Shown: in pieces, positions 19,060 to 27,345 of the stretch
How positions within the stretch are numbered: position 1 is the stretch's first letter
How the letters are laid out: each line of letters starts with the position of its first letter
Virus record (IMG/VR): IMGVR_UViG_3300050145_000014
DNA length: 64,000 nucleotides
Direction: 5' to 3' (one strand)
Source of the DNA: a virus
Lineage: Duplodnaviria; Heunggongvirae; Uroviricota; Caudoviricetes
Translations under genes and position numbers: made by a program
Notes under the pieces: generated by a model
The model's input: only the letters and a program-made list of their open reading frames with translations
What the model was told of the DNA's origin: nothing
The model's database searches: none

Positions 19060-19428
19060 TCAGAACTGAATCTTATATACAACCTTGTTAGGTGTTAAGA
19101 CCCAATGTGTTGTATAAACACCAATAGCACTACCGATAATGTTGTAAGCCATATCTTCCTTAGAGAAACAAGAGTTAGCGTTAAACATCTCTCGGGACAG
19201 GCCAGGAAGGAGGCTTACTCCAAAAGCAGTCCAAGGGTCAGCAATAACTGCACGAGAGGATGCGCCAATGGCAACAGAGTACATCATATGCACTTGCTTG
19301 TCACCTTCAAACTTGAAAGAATCCTGAGTACAGATCTTATTCATAGCATAAGAAGGTACCAAGAACAAGAAGCAAAGAATACCGATGATGAGCATCCGAA
19401 GACGGTTAGAGATTTCAGAGAATTTCAT
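19060..19428 (-). CDS. secreted small protein, possible OMP-like (C-terminal YKIQF)
   Basis: N-terminal signal/TM segment and a C-terminal aromatic-x-Phe. Confidence 0.4.
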   Translation of the reverse strand: MKFSEISNRLRMLIIGILCFLFLVPSYAMNKICTQDSFKFEGDKQVHMMYSVAIGASSRAVIADPWTAFGVSLLPGLSREMFNANSCFSKEDMAYNIIGSAIGVYTTHWVLTPNKVVYKIQF

Positions 19429-19442
19429 AAGAACCTTTCAAG

Positions 19443-19838
19443 TTAACGAAGCTTGACTGTAAACCGTTGTTGCATCCGTGTCAAGGCTTCTTCAGGAACA
19501 TTGTGCACGTTCTTACCTTCGTGTCGGTTTTCTACAACAAGGCTTACGAACTTTGCACCATGAGACTCGGCAATCTTTTTGTAAGTAGCAACTTCTTTTT
19601 CTGTAGTACTGGTGTTGCTGACAATGATATCAAGTCCAAGTGCAATATGCCATTCTGCAGAACTTTGACACCATTGATGAGCCTCTGGCAATTTTGTCTG
19701 GTCAAACTTGTATTCACCTAAACGATCAAAGTACATGTCAGCTTCATAGTATTCTGTGTCAAGTGCCTCTGCCAAAGTCTTAGCAAAAGTACTCTTACCA
19801 GAGCCAGGGAGTCCGCGAATTAAATATAGGGTTGGCAT
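19443..19838 (-). CDS. polynucleotide-kinase-like P-loop kinase
   Basis: Walker A GLPGSGKST; a downstream IIVSNT and an NVHNVPEEALTRM region parallel the T4 Pnk kinase domain (IGCPGSGKST ... VIISDTNL ... AVPIDVLRSM). Confidence 0.6.
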   Translation of the reverse strand: MPTLYLIRGLPGSGKSTFAKTLAEALDTEYYEADMYFDRLGEYKFDQTKLPEAHQWCQSSAEWHIALGLDIIVSNTSTTEKEVATYKKIAESHGAKFVSLVVENRHEGKNVHNVPEEALTRMQQRFTVKLR

Positions 19839-19991
19839 TAAGGTTATCCTTTAAAATGTCTTATTGAAATACCGCCTTCGTATAGAAGGCTAATGCCTGA
19901 GAGGTCTCGGGAAGTTTCAGAGTATACGCCCTCTTAAATTAAAGCTAAAAGAAGCTCTTGATGTTAGAGAAATCTTATTAGCCAGAATGAC

Positions 19992-20399
19992 TTAAATAAC
20001 CTCTACACCAATCCCGTGCTCTTTTAGTAAAGTCAGCCCTGTAGTATCCCTGTATGTGTTCCTGTAGTAAACCTTTGTGATGCCAGCATCAATTAAGCGC
20101 AAAGCACACAACCTGCATGGTGCATGAGTGATAAAGATATCTGATTTCAGACTAGTCTCTGTACTTCTCGATAACTTATTTAGCGCAGCCGCCTCCGCGT
20201 GAAAAGTCCACCACGCTGTGCTACCATCACCCGCCTCGCACTCGTTTGTAGAGAACCCTCTGGGTGTCCCATTAATCGCGTGGGAAATAATATTCCCATC
20301 CTTTACAATAATTGCTCCAACTTTTAGACGAGTTGCTTCAGAGGTCATCGCAAATCTTTCAGCCATGTCCATAAAAGCTTTTTTATACTTTAATTTCAT
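19992..20399 (-). CDS. dCMP/cytidine deaminase (zinc-dependent)
   Basis: HAEAAAL ... PCRLCA motifs of the CDA fold, at dCMP-deaminase size. Confidence 0.8.
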   Translation of the reverse strand: MKLKYKKAFMDMAERFAMTSEATRLKVGAIIVKDGNIISHAINGTPRGFSTNECEAGDGSTAWWTFHAEAAALNKLSRSTETSLKSDIFITHAPCRLCALRLIDAGITKVYYRNTYRDTTGLTLLKEHGIGVEVI

Positions 20400-20584
20400 T
20401 TCTCTACTTTCTGAACTTCATTTGCAGGACGAACCCATTTATACTTACCAAAACCAGGGACATTCATCCCAATTTTGACATGTGTTTTATTCATATTCAC
20501 AATAACCCCATAGGTTTGTGAATATTTTGTGAAGAAAGATACTGTGTCTTTCAATTCAAGAGTTTTACCTAGCTGGTCTTTCAT
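20396..20584 (-). CDS. hypothetical small protein
   Basis: ORF with 4-nt overlaps on both sides, which favours real translation. Confidence 0.35.
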   Translation of the reverse strand: MKDQLGKTLELKDTVSFFTKYSQTYGVIVNMNKTHVKIGMNVPGFGKYKWVRPANEVQKVEK

Positions 20585-20784
20585 AGTTTTGAAACTTGAC
20601 TTGGGAAGAACCAGAAATACCCGTCAGGGCATTTACAACGAAAACCTAACGTAGAGATTTCTTCTACATTTGTAACAATGAGTTTTGTATGATATGTAGT
20701 CGCCCAGGGGATAACAACTTTGTCATTGACGTAGACAATATCCCCTTTAAAATCTTGGCAAGAGTCCATAGGATTACCCAGCAT
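20581..20784 (-). CDS. hypothetical small protein
   Basis: ORF with a 4-nt overlap with the downstream gene. Confidence 0.35.
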   Translation of the reverse strand: MLGNPMDSCQDFKGDIVYVNDKVVIPWATTYHTKLIVTNVEEISTLGFRCKCPDGYFWFFPSQVSKL

Positions 20785-21118
20785 TTACAATCTCCATCTG
20801 AAGGCCAAACTCATTTGAATAGCGAATAACCTTAACTCCAAAAGCTTTACAGGCTTCATAACAAACAGGGCAGGGTCTAGCGTTAGCATAATTCCCATCT
20901 TTTGTGTATCGAATGACCTCCAAAAGATAAGGAACAGAATCTCCGCACCGAAGTAAAGCTTGCACTTCTGCATGGAGGAAAATCTTCTCCTGGAGATTAA
21001 CCTTTGAAGCAAAATGCGGCATAAGAGGATGAGTTTTGCTGTAGGAGTTTTCACCTACAGCAATTTTACGCATCCGTTTATCATACACAGTAGCGGAGAT
21101 TTTGTATTTGACTTTCAT
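20774..21118 (-). CDS. second CDA-fold deaminase (TadA/dCMP-deaminase-like)
   Basis: HAEVQAL ... PCPVCYEAC zinc-binding motifs. Confidence 0.65.
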   Translation of the reverse strand: MKVKYKISATVYDKRMRKIAVGENSYSKTHPLMPHFASKVNLQEKIFLHAEVQALLRCGDSVPYLLEVIRYTKDGNYANARPCPVCYEACKAFGVKVIRYSNEFGLQMEIVNAG

Positions 21119-21447
21119 TAGTCGTGCAACTTCATTTGTGCCTTCAGTTTACGTTGAATATCCTCTAGACGACTCTTACGATACTTGATCTTGTCACGAA
21201 GACCTTGAACCAGGACAAGATTCTTGTAAGCTTGTTGACCCTCAGGAGTATCCTTACCGGAGATCTCCCACAGGTCAGCTTCGACAACCTTGACATTCGA
21301 TAGGTTCTCTGTAGCATTTGTCAACATCTGGCGGACATAGTTTGAGATGACTTGAACCTCTGCTTGAGTCAAAGCAGGTGCAGAGCGCACAGACTTAAGG
21401 GTCTTGATAGTCTTGAAAGGCTTCAGTAGTGCAGCAATAATACTCAT
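21118..21447 (-). CDS. hypothetical protein (109 aa)
   Basis: ORF in the track. Confidence 0.4.
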   Translation of the reverse strand: MSIIAALLKPFKTIKTLKSVRSAPALTQAEVQVISNYVRQMLTNATENLSNVKVVEADLWEISGKDTPEGQQAYKNLVLVQGLRDKIKYRKSRLEDIQRKLKAQMKLHD

Positions 21448-21457
21448 AGGTTTCTCC

Positions 21458-21664
21458 TTAGACAGGGATGTAGAAAGTGTCTTGGGTCTCGAAAGAGCCG
21501 TTAGGGTTTACACCTACAATAGTGCTGGTGGTAGCCATCTCACCATTGATGACATTAACCTCATCAGGGTGATCAACAGGGGTGATGAAGGCACGCTTGC
21601 CAACGACAATAGTTTCAATGACACTCATGGTGACATCATAATGCACAGTTTGTTTCATATTCAC
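21458..21664 (-). CDS. hypothetical small protein
   Basis: ORF in the track. Confidence 0.3.
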   Translation of the reverse strand: MNMKQTVHYDVTMSVIETIVVGKRAFITPVDHPDEVNVINGEMATTSTIVGVNPNGSFETQDTFYIPV

Positions 21665-21667
21665 CTT

Positions 21668-22057
21668 TCAAGTAAAGTAGATTTCGTTTAAGAGGCCTTC
21701 ATTGTCTAGTAAAAGCCTGAGCTTGTCAAGGCGCTCCTGGGCTTCTTTGAGTTGTTGTTGCATTTCTGCAATAAGGTTTGATTGTTCAAGAACAGCTTTT
21801 GAGAGTTTTGAGTGGTGGGATAGTTGAATAACCAAAAGGCTTTCTTCAGAAACCCAAGTCTTTCTTGCAAGATTTTCTTGTGGTAACTTAGAGGCTTCTT
21901 CAGATGTTCCCACCCAATTACTCGACCAAATACGCCCACCATCAATATCACAAACTTTCCCGTAATTTCTGCCATAACTTTTATCAACTAATTTACGTTT
22001 AACAATATCCCCTACTTTAAATTTTACCTTATCTACAGTATTTACAGTATTTGACAT
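21668..22057 (-). CDS. hypothetical protein with KFKVGDIVKRK N-terminal motif
   Basis: Member of the recurring N-terminal motif family. Confidence 0.45.
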   Translation of the reverse strand: MSNTVNTVDKVKFKVGDIVKRKLVDKSYGRNYGKVCDIDGGRIWSSNWVGTSEEASKLPQENLARKTWVSEESLLVIQLSHHSKLSKAVLEQSNLIAEMQQQLKEAQERLDKLRLLLDNEGLLNEIYFT

Positions 22058-22154
22058 ATTTACCTTTCATATGGTGGAGACAATGAGGAACTACCCTCAA
22101 TACCCATAAGCATTTCTGCCGGATGTTCTTATAGCTACCGAGTCCCCGTAAGCT

Positions 22155-22230
22155 TGGTAGGAGCAATGGGAATCGAACCCATGTTAACTGCCTTATCTAG
22201 ACAGTGCTTAGGAGTTTATAAGGCTCCCCC
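22155..22230 (-). tRNA. tRNA, isotype undetermined (possible anticodon GAU)
   Basis: Reverse complement shows a canonical T-arm ATGGG-TTCGATT-CCCAT, acceptor ...TGCTCCTACCA with CCA encoded, and a D-arm CTTA/TAAG; the anticodon loop TAGATAA is non-canonical (A33) and the acceptor has one mismatch. Confidence 0.45.
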
Positions 22231-22262
22231 TTAGGCCAACATTAGCAATACTCCCGGATAAT

Positions 22263-22337
22263 TGGTAGGGCTGCAGGGCCAACGATCCCTGATCTGATGG
22301 TTAAAAGCCATCTGCTTCACCTTAAAGCTTCAACCCC
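22263..22337 (-). tRNA. tRNA-Lys (anticodon UUU)
   Basis: Acceptor GGGGTTG/CAGCCCT + A + CCA; D-arm GCTT-TAAGGTG-AAGC; anticodon arm GATGG-CTTTTAA-CCATC; the T-loop is unusual (8 nt). Confidence 0.65.
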
Positions 22338-22342
22338 GTATC

Positions 22343-22390
22343 TGGCTCCCACCTGCAGATTTGAACTGAATCTTTACCTTGCCAGTGGGA
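22343..22390 (-). other. 48-nt tRNA-like minihelix (acceptor plus T-arm only, ends GCCA), 5 nt downstream of tRNA-Lys
   Basis: TCCCACT...TTCAG-TTCAAAT-CTGCA-GGTGGGA-G-CCA; no D or anticodon arm fits between the acceptor strands. Confidence 0.4.
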
Positions 22391-22395
22391 ATAGA

Positions 22396-22590
22396 TTATT
22401 TCTGTCTAAAAAGATCTGTATCAACAAAAAGAACCGATTGGTTTTGATTAACCATAACAGATAACCCTTTATCAGAAAGTTCTTTTGCAGTCTGCCATAG
22501 CCAAGAGATATGGAAAGTGTCTAGATGCTTGATCACTGTCTTTTTCTCAATCTCTCTGTTATTACCCCAGAAATAAACTTGAAACTGCAT
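22396..22590 (-). CDS. hypothetical small protein
   Basis: ORF with a 1-nt stop/start overlap with the upstream gene. Confidence 0.35.
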   Translation of the reverse strand: MQFQVYFWGNNREIEKKTVIKHLDTFHISWLWQTAKELSDKGLSVMVNQNQSVLFVDTDLFRQK

Positions 22591-23108
22591 TATTCAACCT
22601 CAACCTTTTCAATCTTCTCTGTTGAAAAGATCAGGCCAATGAATTCGCTGTCGCAAGTGTTTTGCTTTTCAAAATCCTCTTTATCAAGATATCGGCCATA
22701 ACTTTGAAGGAGTCTCCCATACCACATATAAGCTACCTGATACTGTTTGATTTCATTGAACTTAACATGTTCTTTGATGCGGTATTTGTTTTTGATACCC
22801 CAACAAGGAAACTGGGTATTTTTCCATGTGCCATCGTCAAGCTTAACCTGAACAGTCAAAGAAGTATCATCAGCCCATTGCTTGATAATTTCAGCGTGAA
22901 CATGCGGCGCGAGTGCTAGTTCAATTTCATCAAGGGATGCTGCATTCCACCCGTAGTGGTTTGGAAAGTCGATTACGAGAGCAATGCGCGGCGATGTTGG
23001 GAGATTCTTACGGATGATACCAGTATCGTCAGGTTTAATATTTCCCCACCCATTACCGGGCTTTACGCCGTTTTTAACCTTAACTCGATCACCGACTTTG
23101 AATTTCAT
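22590..23108 (-). CDS. hypothetical protein with MKFKVGDRVKVK N-terminal motif
   Basis: Member of the recurring N-terminal motif family. Confidence 0.5.
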   Translation of the reverse strand: MKFKVGDRVKVKNGVKPGNGWGNIKPDDTGIIRKNLPTSPRIALVIDFPNHYGWNAASLDEIELALAPHVHAEIIKQWADDTSLTVQVKLDDGTWKNTQFPCWGIKNKYRIKEHVKFNEIKQYQVAYMWYGRLLQSYGRYLDKEDFEKQNTCDSEFIGLIFSTEKIEKVEVE

Positions 23109-23110
23109 AA

Positions 23111-23314
23111 CTATCTCCTATGTTTGTCTACAATGATGTAGTGAGGAATGAATTGTAGCCACTTCTTGCTATGGTTGTCAATAGCCTTCTGCGCTGCCGA
23201 CTCTGTGTTGTAATTTGACAACTTTACTGGGCGACTTTCTGACATCTTAGGCCAGAGAATTTTAGTAAACATTGTCGACTTCTCAAACCAGTACAGGACT
23301 TGGAAAGGTTTCAT
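23111..23314 (-). CDS. hypothetical small protein
   Basis: ORF in the track. Confidence 0.3.
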   Translation of the reverse strand: MKPFQVLYWFEKSTMFTKILWPKMSESRPVKLSNYNTESAAQKAIDNHSKKWLQFIPHYIIVDKHRR

Positions 23315-23322
23315 AATTAAAC

Positions 23323-23577
23323 CTAGTAGGTAATAGTGACTTTCTCGATTTCAATAAATTTCAAACTCTCATGACTAAGTGACCCTTCTGGACTAATCAC
23401 TTGGATGAGGATTTCATTATTGCCAAGGTAAGTATGAACGCATATCCCAATTAGCCCTTCAAGGCCCCTATTGTGATCGAGCTCAACGAGCCTGTACCAA
23501 GCACCATGTTTAAGTTGAGAGATTCCTAGTAGGGGACTAGGTGGCGTGTTCGCAGTGTTTACAATTACCTGAGTCAT
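23323..23577 (-). CDS. hypothetical small protein
   Basis: ORF in the track. Confidence 0.35.
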   Translation of the reverse strand: MTQVIVNTANTPPSPLLGISQLKHGAWYRLVELDHNRGLEGLIGICVHTYLGNNEILIQVISPEGSLSHESLKFIEIEKVTITY

Positions 23578-23692
23578 AGGACTCCTTTAAAGTCGTAAGA
23601 TGTTATAGAGTACCGGATTGTTTACCAATCCCTGATCAAGGTGCAATCTCTTAATTATCTATTAAGTGTTTTGGTTAAACTAACTCTATGTG

Positions 23693-23778
23693 TGGTGCCC
23701 TCGGCTGGAGTCGAACCTGCAAAAATCATGGATTTTGAATCCACCGACTGTACCAATTTGTCATTTGATCACGAGGGC
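23693..23778 (-). tRNA. tRNA-like gene, 86 nt, possibly Leu (anticodon CAA), non-canonical
   Basis: Perfect 7-bp acceptor GCCCTCG/CGAGGGC + A + CCA; T-arm GCAGG-TTCGACT-CCAGC; anticodon arm GTGGA-TTCAAAA-TCCAT; D-loop contains TTGG; the region between acceptor and D-arm is 6 nt longer than standard. Confidence 0.45.
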
Positions 23779-23806
23779 TAATAACTGAACTATACCTTGA
23801 GAAGTC

Positions 23807-24127
23807 TCACATGTCAAGCAGCAGCTGTCGTGCATAAGCAACAGCTAGATTGTAAGCCCACCAGAAGCGAAGCTTCATTGCAGGGGAGTCGATATCGTTG
23901 AAATCAGTACAATTATAATACCACCTCAAACTGTCACAACCGTGATGAGGGCGCAGAGCCTTTTCAATAGGATAATCAGTTTCCATTCCATAGATTTTAA
24001 AGATCTGAGAAATAAGGGACTCATAAGCCCCATCACGACGGCGCCAGAGCACATGAGAGCAAATACCTGTAGTTCGTGAATTTTGTGTAATATATTGTAG
24101 GAAAGTCTCTGAAGCACGAGGCAACAC
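23807..24127 (-). CDS. hypothetical protein (106 aa); last gene of the minus-strand array
   Basis: ORF in the track. Confidence 0.4.
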   Translation of the reverse strand: MLPRASETFLQYITQNSRTTGICSHVLWRRRDGAYESLISQIFKIYGMETDYPIEKALRPHHGCDSLRWYYNCTDFNDIDSPAMKLRFWWAYNLAVAYARQLLLDM

Positions 24128-24522
24128 TTCAGGAAGATCGAAGAGAGAGACATAAAAGCTCCTGTAAAATTGATGACTGGACTTTAAGGCATCCCTCTCA
24201 AGTTGTCAAGAGGCCGAGTTGTTTTTATGCAACTTTAACAACGATAGCTTTACAGCGACCGAACGACGAGAAGGATGCTTCAACCTGAGTAGCAATAAAT
24301 TTTGCCTGAGACTGTGTTAGGATGCTCCCAATTTCTGCAGTCGTCATTCCATTTGCAGAGGTGATACAATAAACAACACTATACATTTAGTAATCCTTTA
24401 AGAAGTAATTCTACATGAAAGATTCTGTAGAGATTTATATAACTGAAGCAAGATCCTGAAGCTTAGTCCCTTGCCCAGTCCCGACCAGAATTATACAACT
24501 AAAATTCTTTTTGTCAACCCCC

Positions 24523-24552
24523 TTGACACAAGAACTTTTTACATGTTAAAGT
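24523..24552 (+). promoter_or_regulatory. sigma70-like promoter for the plus-strand replication module (-35 TTGACA, 18-bp spacer, -10 TAAAGT)
   Basis: Hexamers read directly, about 30 nt upstream of the first plus-strand gene, within the 400-bp divergent intergenic region. Confidence 0.4.
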
Positions 24553-24580
24553 GCAGTCATCGTAACTTTTGGAGATCTTG

Positions 24581-24775
24581 ATGTTTGGTATGCTGACTAG
24601 CCTAGCCAAGGCTGCTGTAGGTGCCGTGGTGGCCCCTGTGGCTCTTGCAGCTGATGTAGTGACTCTCCCTGCAACTGCTGGTGATCTGCACCGTGGACCA
24701 TTTGATAGTACTCCTAAGGTTCTTTCTAACACTATGAAGAACTTGCAAGACGCTGTTGATCCAAAGAAGGGTTGA
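24581..24775 (+). CDS. hypothetical small protein (ATG start chosen after GGAGA)
   Basis: ORF 24569..24775 in the track; an ATG with an RBS lies at 24581. Confidence 0.4.
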   Translation: MFGMLTSLAKAAVGAVVAPVALAADVVTLPATAGDLHRGPFDSTPKVLSNTMKNLQDAVDPKKG

Positions 24776-24783
24776 CAAGCCCT

Positions 24784-25128
24784 ATGAAAACAAGTACAGT
24801 ACAACGTGGTGAAACCTGGGCTCATAATCAGGCTGTAAGAGCTGTTAAGTATTATGAACAAAAGCGTCAGGAAGCTATTGACAAAGAAGCTGAGAAGATT
24901 TGGGAGGTTTATCAGAATCGAGGATTCTTTTCACGGCTTTTGTTTAATGACCATAAGACTCTTGAAGACTTGAAAAAAGAACTGCAGTTGTGGCACGGCA
25001 GGCTGCATATCAATGACTTAAAGAAGCTGGTAGCCTCTACCGATGGGTCTATGGGTTTTGATCAGAAAATGAACCTTTCTCTTTACCTTTCTAAACTGCT
25101 TGAAAGAGTCCCTGATGACTTTGAATGA
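24784..25128 (+). CDS. hypothetical protein
   Basis: ORF 24772..25128; ATG at 24784 after AAGAAGGG. Confidence 0.45.
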   Translation: MKTSTVQRGETWAHNQAVRAVKYYEQKRQEAIDKEAEKIWEVYQNRGFFSRLLFNDHKTLEDLKKELQLWHGRLHINDLKKLVASTDGSMGFDQKMNLSLYLSKLLERVPDDFE

Positions 25129-25300
25129 ATATATCCAGAACCTCCAAGACTACCTTGCTCGACATCCTGAACATAAAGAAACTGAAGTCTTTATGACGCA
25201 GTCAGGTTATTACTCTGATGGTAACAAGGCTGCCCTTTATGGGGCACCTGAAGTATCCTACAATGGACTTTCTCTGGGACATTCCCACCAATCTTACTAA
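25115..25300 (+). CDS. hypothetical small protein
   Basis: ORF 25100..25300; ATG at 25115. Confidence 0.35.
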   Translation: MTLNEYIQNLQDYLARHPEHKETEVFMTQSGYYSDGNKAALYGAPEVSYNGLSLGHSHQSY

Positions 25301-25308
25301 GGGTCATT

Positions 25309-25455
25309 ATGTCAGACATTGAAAAATATTGGGCTAAGATTTGTGTAGCTTATGGTAGTCCAAAAGCTTGGACAGACTTAAGCCTTAACCAGCAAAACGC
25401 AGTAATCCAGAGTGTAAATATTTTGTTAGCCGTTCTAGACGAAAGGGTTCAGTAA
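25309..25455 (+). CDS. unlisted 48-aa ORF (MSDIEKYWAKICVAYGSPKAW...), TAATG-coupled to the next gene
   Basis: ATG at 25309, stop at 25453-25455, overlapping the next ATG at 25455. Confidence 0.3.
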   Translation: MSDIEKYWAKICVAYGSPKAWTDLSLNQQNAVIQSVNILLAVLDERVQ

Positions 25456-25703
25456 TGTCTCAAATGACGGATGAGATCAACCTCCTGATAAGAAAAAAGA
25501 AAGATGAGGTTAAAACCTTAACCAAGGAAATCTTATGGTTAGAGGGGGCACTGAAAAATACCTGTCAACATGATAATATCGTTGAGCGGTCATCGTACAT
25601 CGCAGGTAACTACAATGATTCATCTCAACATTGGACATGGGAAGAGTGTATTGATTGTGGGACTACTTTCAATACTCAAGTTAAATATGGTAGTCATGGA
25701 TGA
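25455..25703 (+). CDS. small Cys/His-containing protein (possible zinc ribbon)
   Basis: C..H...C..C pattern (CQHDN ... CIDCG). Confidence 0.4.
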   Translation: MSQMTDEINLLIRKKKDEVKTLTKEILWLEGALKNTCQHDNIVERSSYIAGNYNDSSQHWTWEECIDCGTTFNTQVKYGSHG

Positions 25704-25757
25704 CTCATAATTTTAGTAGAAAGATTAAATCTCTTTCTTACTGGTATTGCTATCATT

Positions 25758-26003
25758 GTGGTTTGTTACTCCTTGGAAATAAAGAGTCAAGGAAGCAATC
25801 TATTAAAACTTGTAATGGAAGGTGGGATAAGGATGATTGAGTGCTATTACAAAGAGTGCCCTAACCATGAAATTCATTTTGACAATGAATTAGGGCCATT
25901 CTGTTCTTTAAATAAGTGCATAGCTTCAGAAACTGAATTAAAAGAATATGGAATCTTACGTGAGACTTTCTTGAAAACCTTATTTCCTATCAAACTAATT
26001 TAA
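25758..26003 (+). CDS. small Cys-rich protein (CYYKECPNHEIH ... CSLNKC); start uncertain, alternative frames overlap
   Basis: ORF in the track; a competing 47-aa ORF at 25700..25843 also carries a CxxC motif. Confidence 0.35.
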   Translation: MVCYSLEIKSQGSNLLKLVMEGGIRMIECYYKECPNHEIHFDNELGPFCSLNKCIASETELKEYGILRETFLKTLFPIKLI

Positions 26004-26010
26004 GGATACT

Positions 26011-26964
26011 ATGCAAGACAATTTTAAAAGTATGCAACCATGCGACTGGTATGAAGACAAGGTAAAGTTCCCTTGTATCCTTCAACCAAAGATTGATGGT
26101 GTAGCGAGTTATAATCGATATGGGGCTCTTCTAGGTCGTAGTCTGAAGAAGCATGAGAATCGTTTTGCTACTGCGTTTTTCAGTCAGCAAGAGTATCATG
26201 GTTTTGGGGGTGAAATGACCTCTGGTGATAAACCAACTGGCGATGACCTATGCCGTATTACCTCTGGTGATCTTCGCCGTCGAGATACTGTGCATGATTT
26301 TTACTGGTGGTTGTTTGACTATGTCCCAGATGACTCTTATCTGAACATCTCGTACTTTGATCGGTATCATGCTCTTACGAATGCTATCAAGGAATTACCG
26401 GATCACCTAAAGACTCAACTGAAGATTATCCCTTCGCATATTGTAACAAATATGCAGGAGCTTCTAGACCTTGAAGAGATGTACCTGAACATGGGTTATG
26501 AAGGTGTTATTCTTCGTGATCCAAAAGCGGGGTATAAGTATGGACGTTGTGGTAAGACTTTCATGGGAGCATGGCGCATCAAGCGTTTCATTGATGCCGA
26601 ATTCCTGATCACAGAGATTCTTGAAGGTAATGAAAACCTGAACGAAGCAAAGATCAACGAATTAGGCCGAACTGAGCGTAGCACTCACCAAGAAAATATG
26701 AAGCCTAATGGGCTAGTTGGGACAATTCGCGGCACTCTCCTGGCTGATGTTGTAGACCCACAATCCAAGAAAATTCTTCTTGAAAAGGGCTTGACAATTG
26801 ACGTATCTCCTGGCAACATGCTGCACTCGCAACGTAAGCACTTCTTTGAGAACCCAGAAGAACTCCTGCAAAAGATTGGTAAGTTCAAGTTGTTCCCTAA
26901 GGGAATCAAAGACAAGCCTCGTTTTCCACAATTTATGTCAATTCGAAATGAGAATGATCTATGA
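26011..26964 (+). CDS. ATP-dependent DNA ligase
   Basis: Motif I ILQPKIDGV (KxDG), motif IV-like EGVILRD, C-terminal RFPQFMSIRNEND (motif VI-like); T7-type size. Confidence 0.8.
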   Translation: MQDNFKSMQPCDWYEDKVKFPCILQPKIDGVASYNRYGALLGRSLKKHENRFATAFFSQQEYHGFGGEMTSGDKPTGDDLCRITSGDLRRRDTVHDFYWWLFDYVPDDSYLNISYFDRYHALTNAIKELPDHLKTQLKIIPSHIVTNMQELLDLEEMYLNMGYEGVILRDPKAGYKYGRCGKTFMGAWRIKRFIDAEFLITEILEGNENLNEAKINELGRTERSTHQENMKPNGLVGTIRGTLLADVVDPQSKKILLEKGLTIDVSPGNMLHSQRKHFFENPEELLQKIGKFKLFPKGIKDKPRFPQFMSIRNENDL

Positions 26965-27118
26965 CCCTGCTTCCATTACTTATCATTATCCATTGTTAAT
27001 TGCTATAATCTTAAACATAGGGAGTACACGCGGAACACAACAGACCCGTTTAAAAGAAGGTCTACATATGCAAGGTAATATGCGACCCTTGGATTAAGAA
27101 TACTTAAAGGAAACACCA

Positions 27119-27343
27119 ATGAAATCTAAGAATCAAATGATTATTTTCAGTACTAGCATTGTAGCTATGGGATACTCTTTGCAAGATTTTGCATCCCTAG
27201 CTATTGATCTTGGCTTTTCACAAGAGCAGGCTCTAAAATTTGAGAGCTCTTTTAAAGAGTTTGGCACCCTCCTTGATAATATCACTTCTAAAGAAATCTC
27301 CGAAGCCTTCAAAGAAGCAATTCAAGAAATCATCAAGGACTAA
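27119..27343 (+). CDS. hypothetical protein (74 aa)
   Basis: ORF with an RBS. Confidence 0.4.
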   Translation: MKSKNQMIIFSTSIVAMGYSLQDFASLAIDLGFSQEQALKFESSFKEFGTLLDNITSKEISEAFKEAIQEIIKD

Positions 27344-27345
27344 AT

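Noticed and set aside
22058-22154. 76-nt segment with a matching 7-nt acceptor-like pairing (GGGGACT / TGTCTCC + ACCA) that could be a fifth tRNA
   Set aside because: No canonical D-arm, anticodon arm or 7-nt TTC-type T-loop can be drawn; it folds instead as a long imperfect hairpin (ATAAG...CTTAT) in the 5' leader of gene 21668..22057
22343-22390. Reading the tRNA 3'-fragment as an attachment-site duplication from an integrative element
   Set aside because: No integrase or excisionase nearby and it sits inside a phage tRNA cluster; a degenerate or processed tRNA-like element is more parsimonious
24514-24861. 115-aa minus-strand ORF spanning the divergent promoter region
   Set aside because: It runs antisense to two well-supported plus-strand genes and across the intergenic promoter; no RBS
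26496-26931. Minus-strand ORFs antisense to the DNA ligase gene
   Set aside because: They overlap a motif-supported ligase CDS on the opposite strand and have no initiation signals
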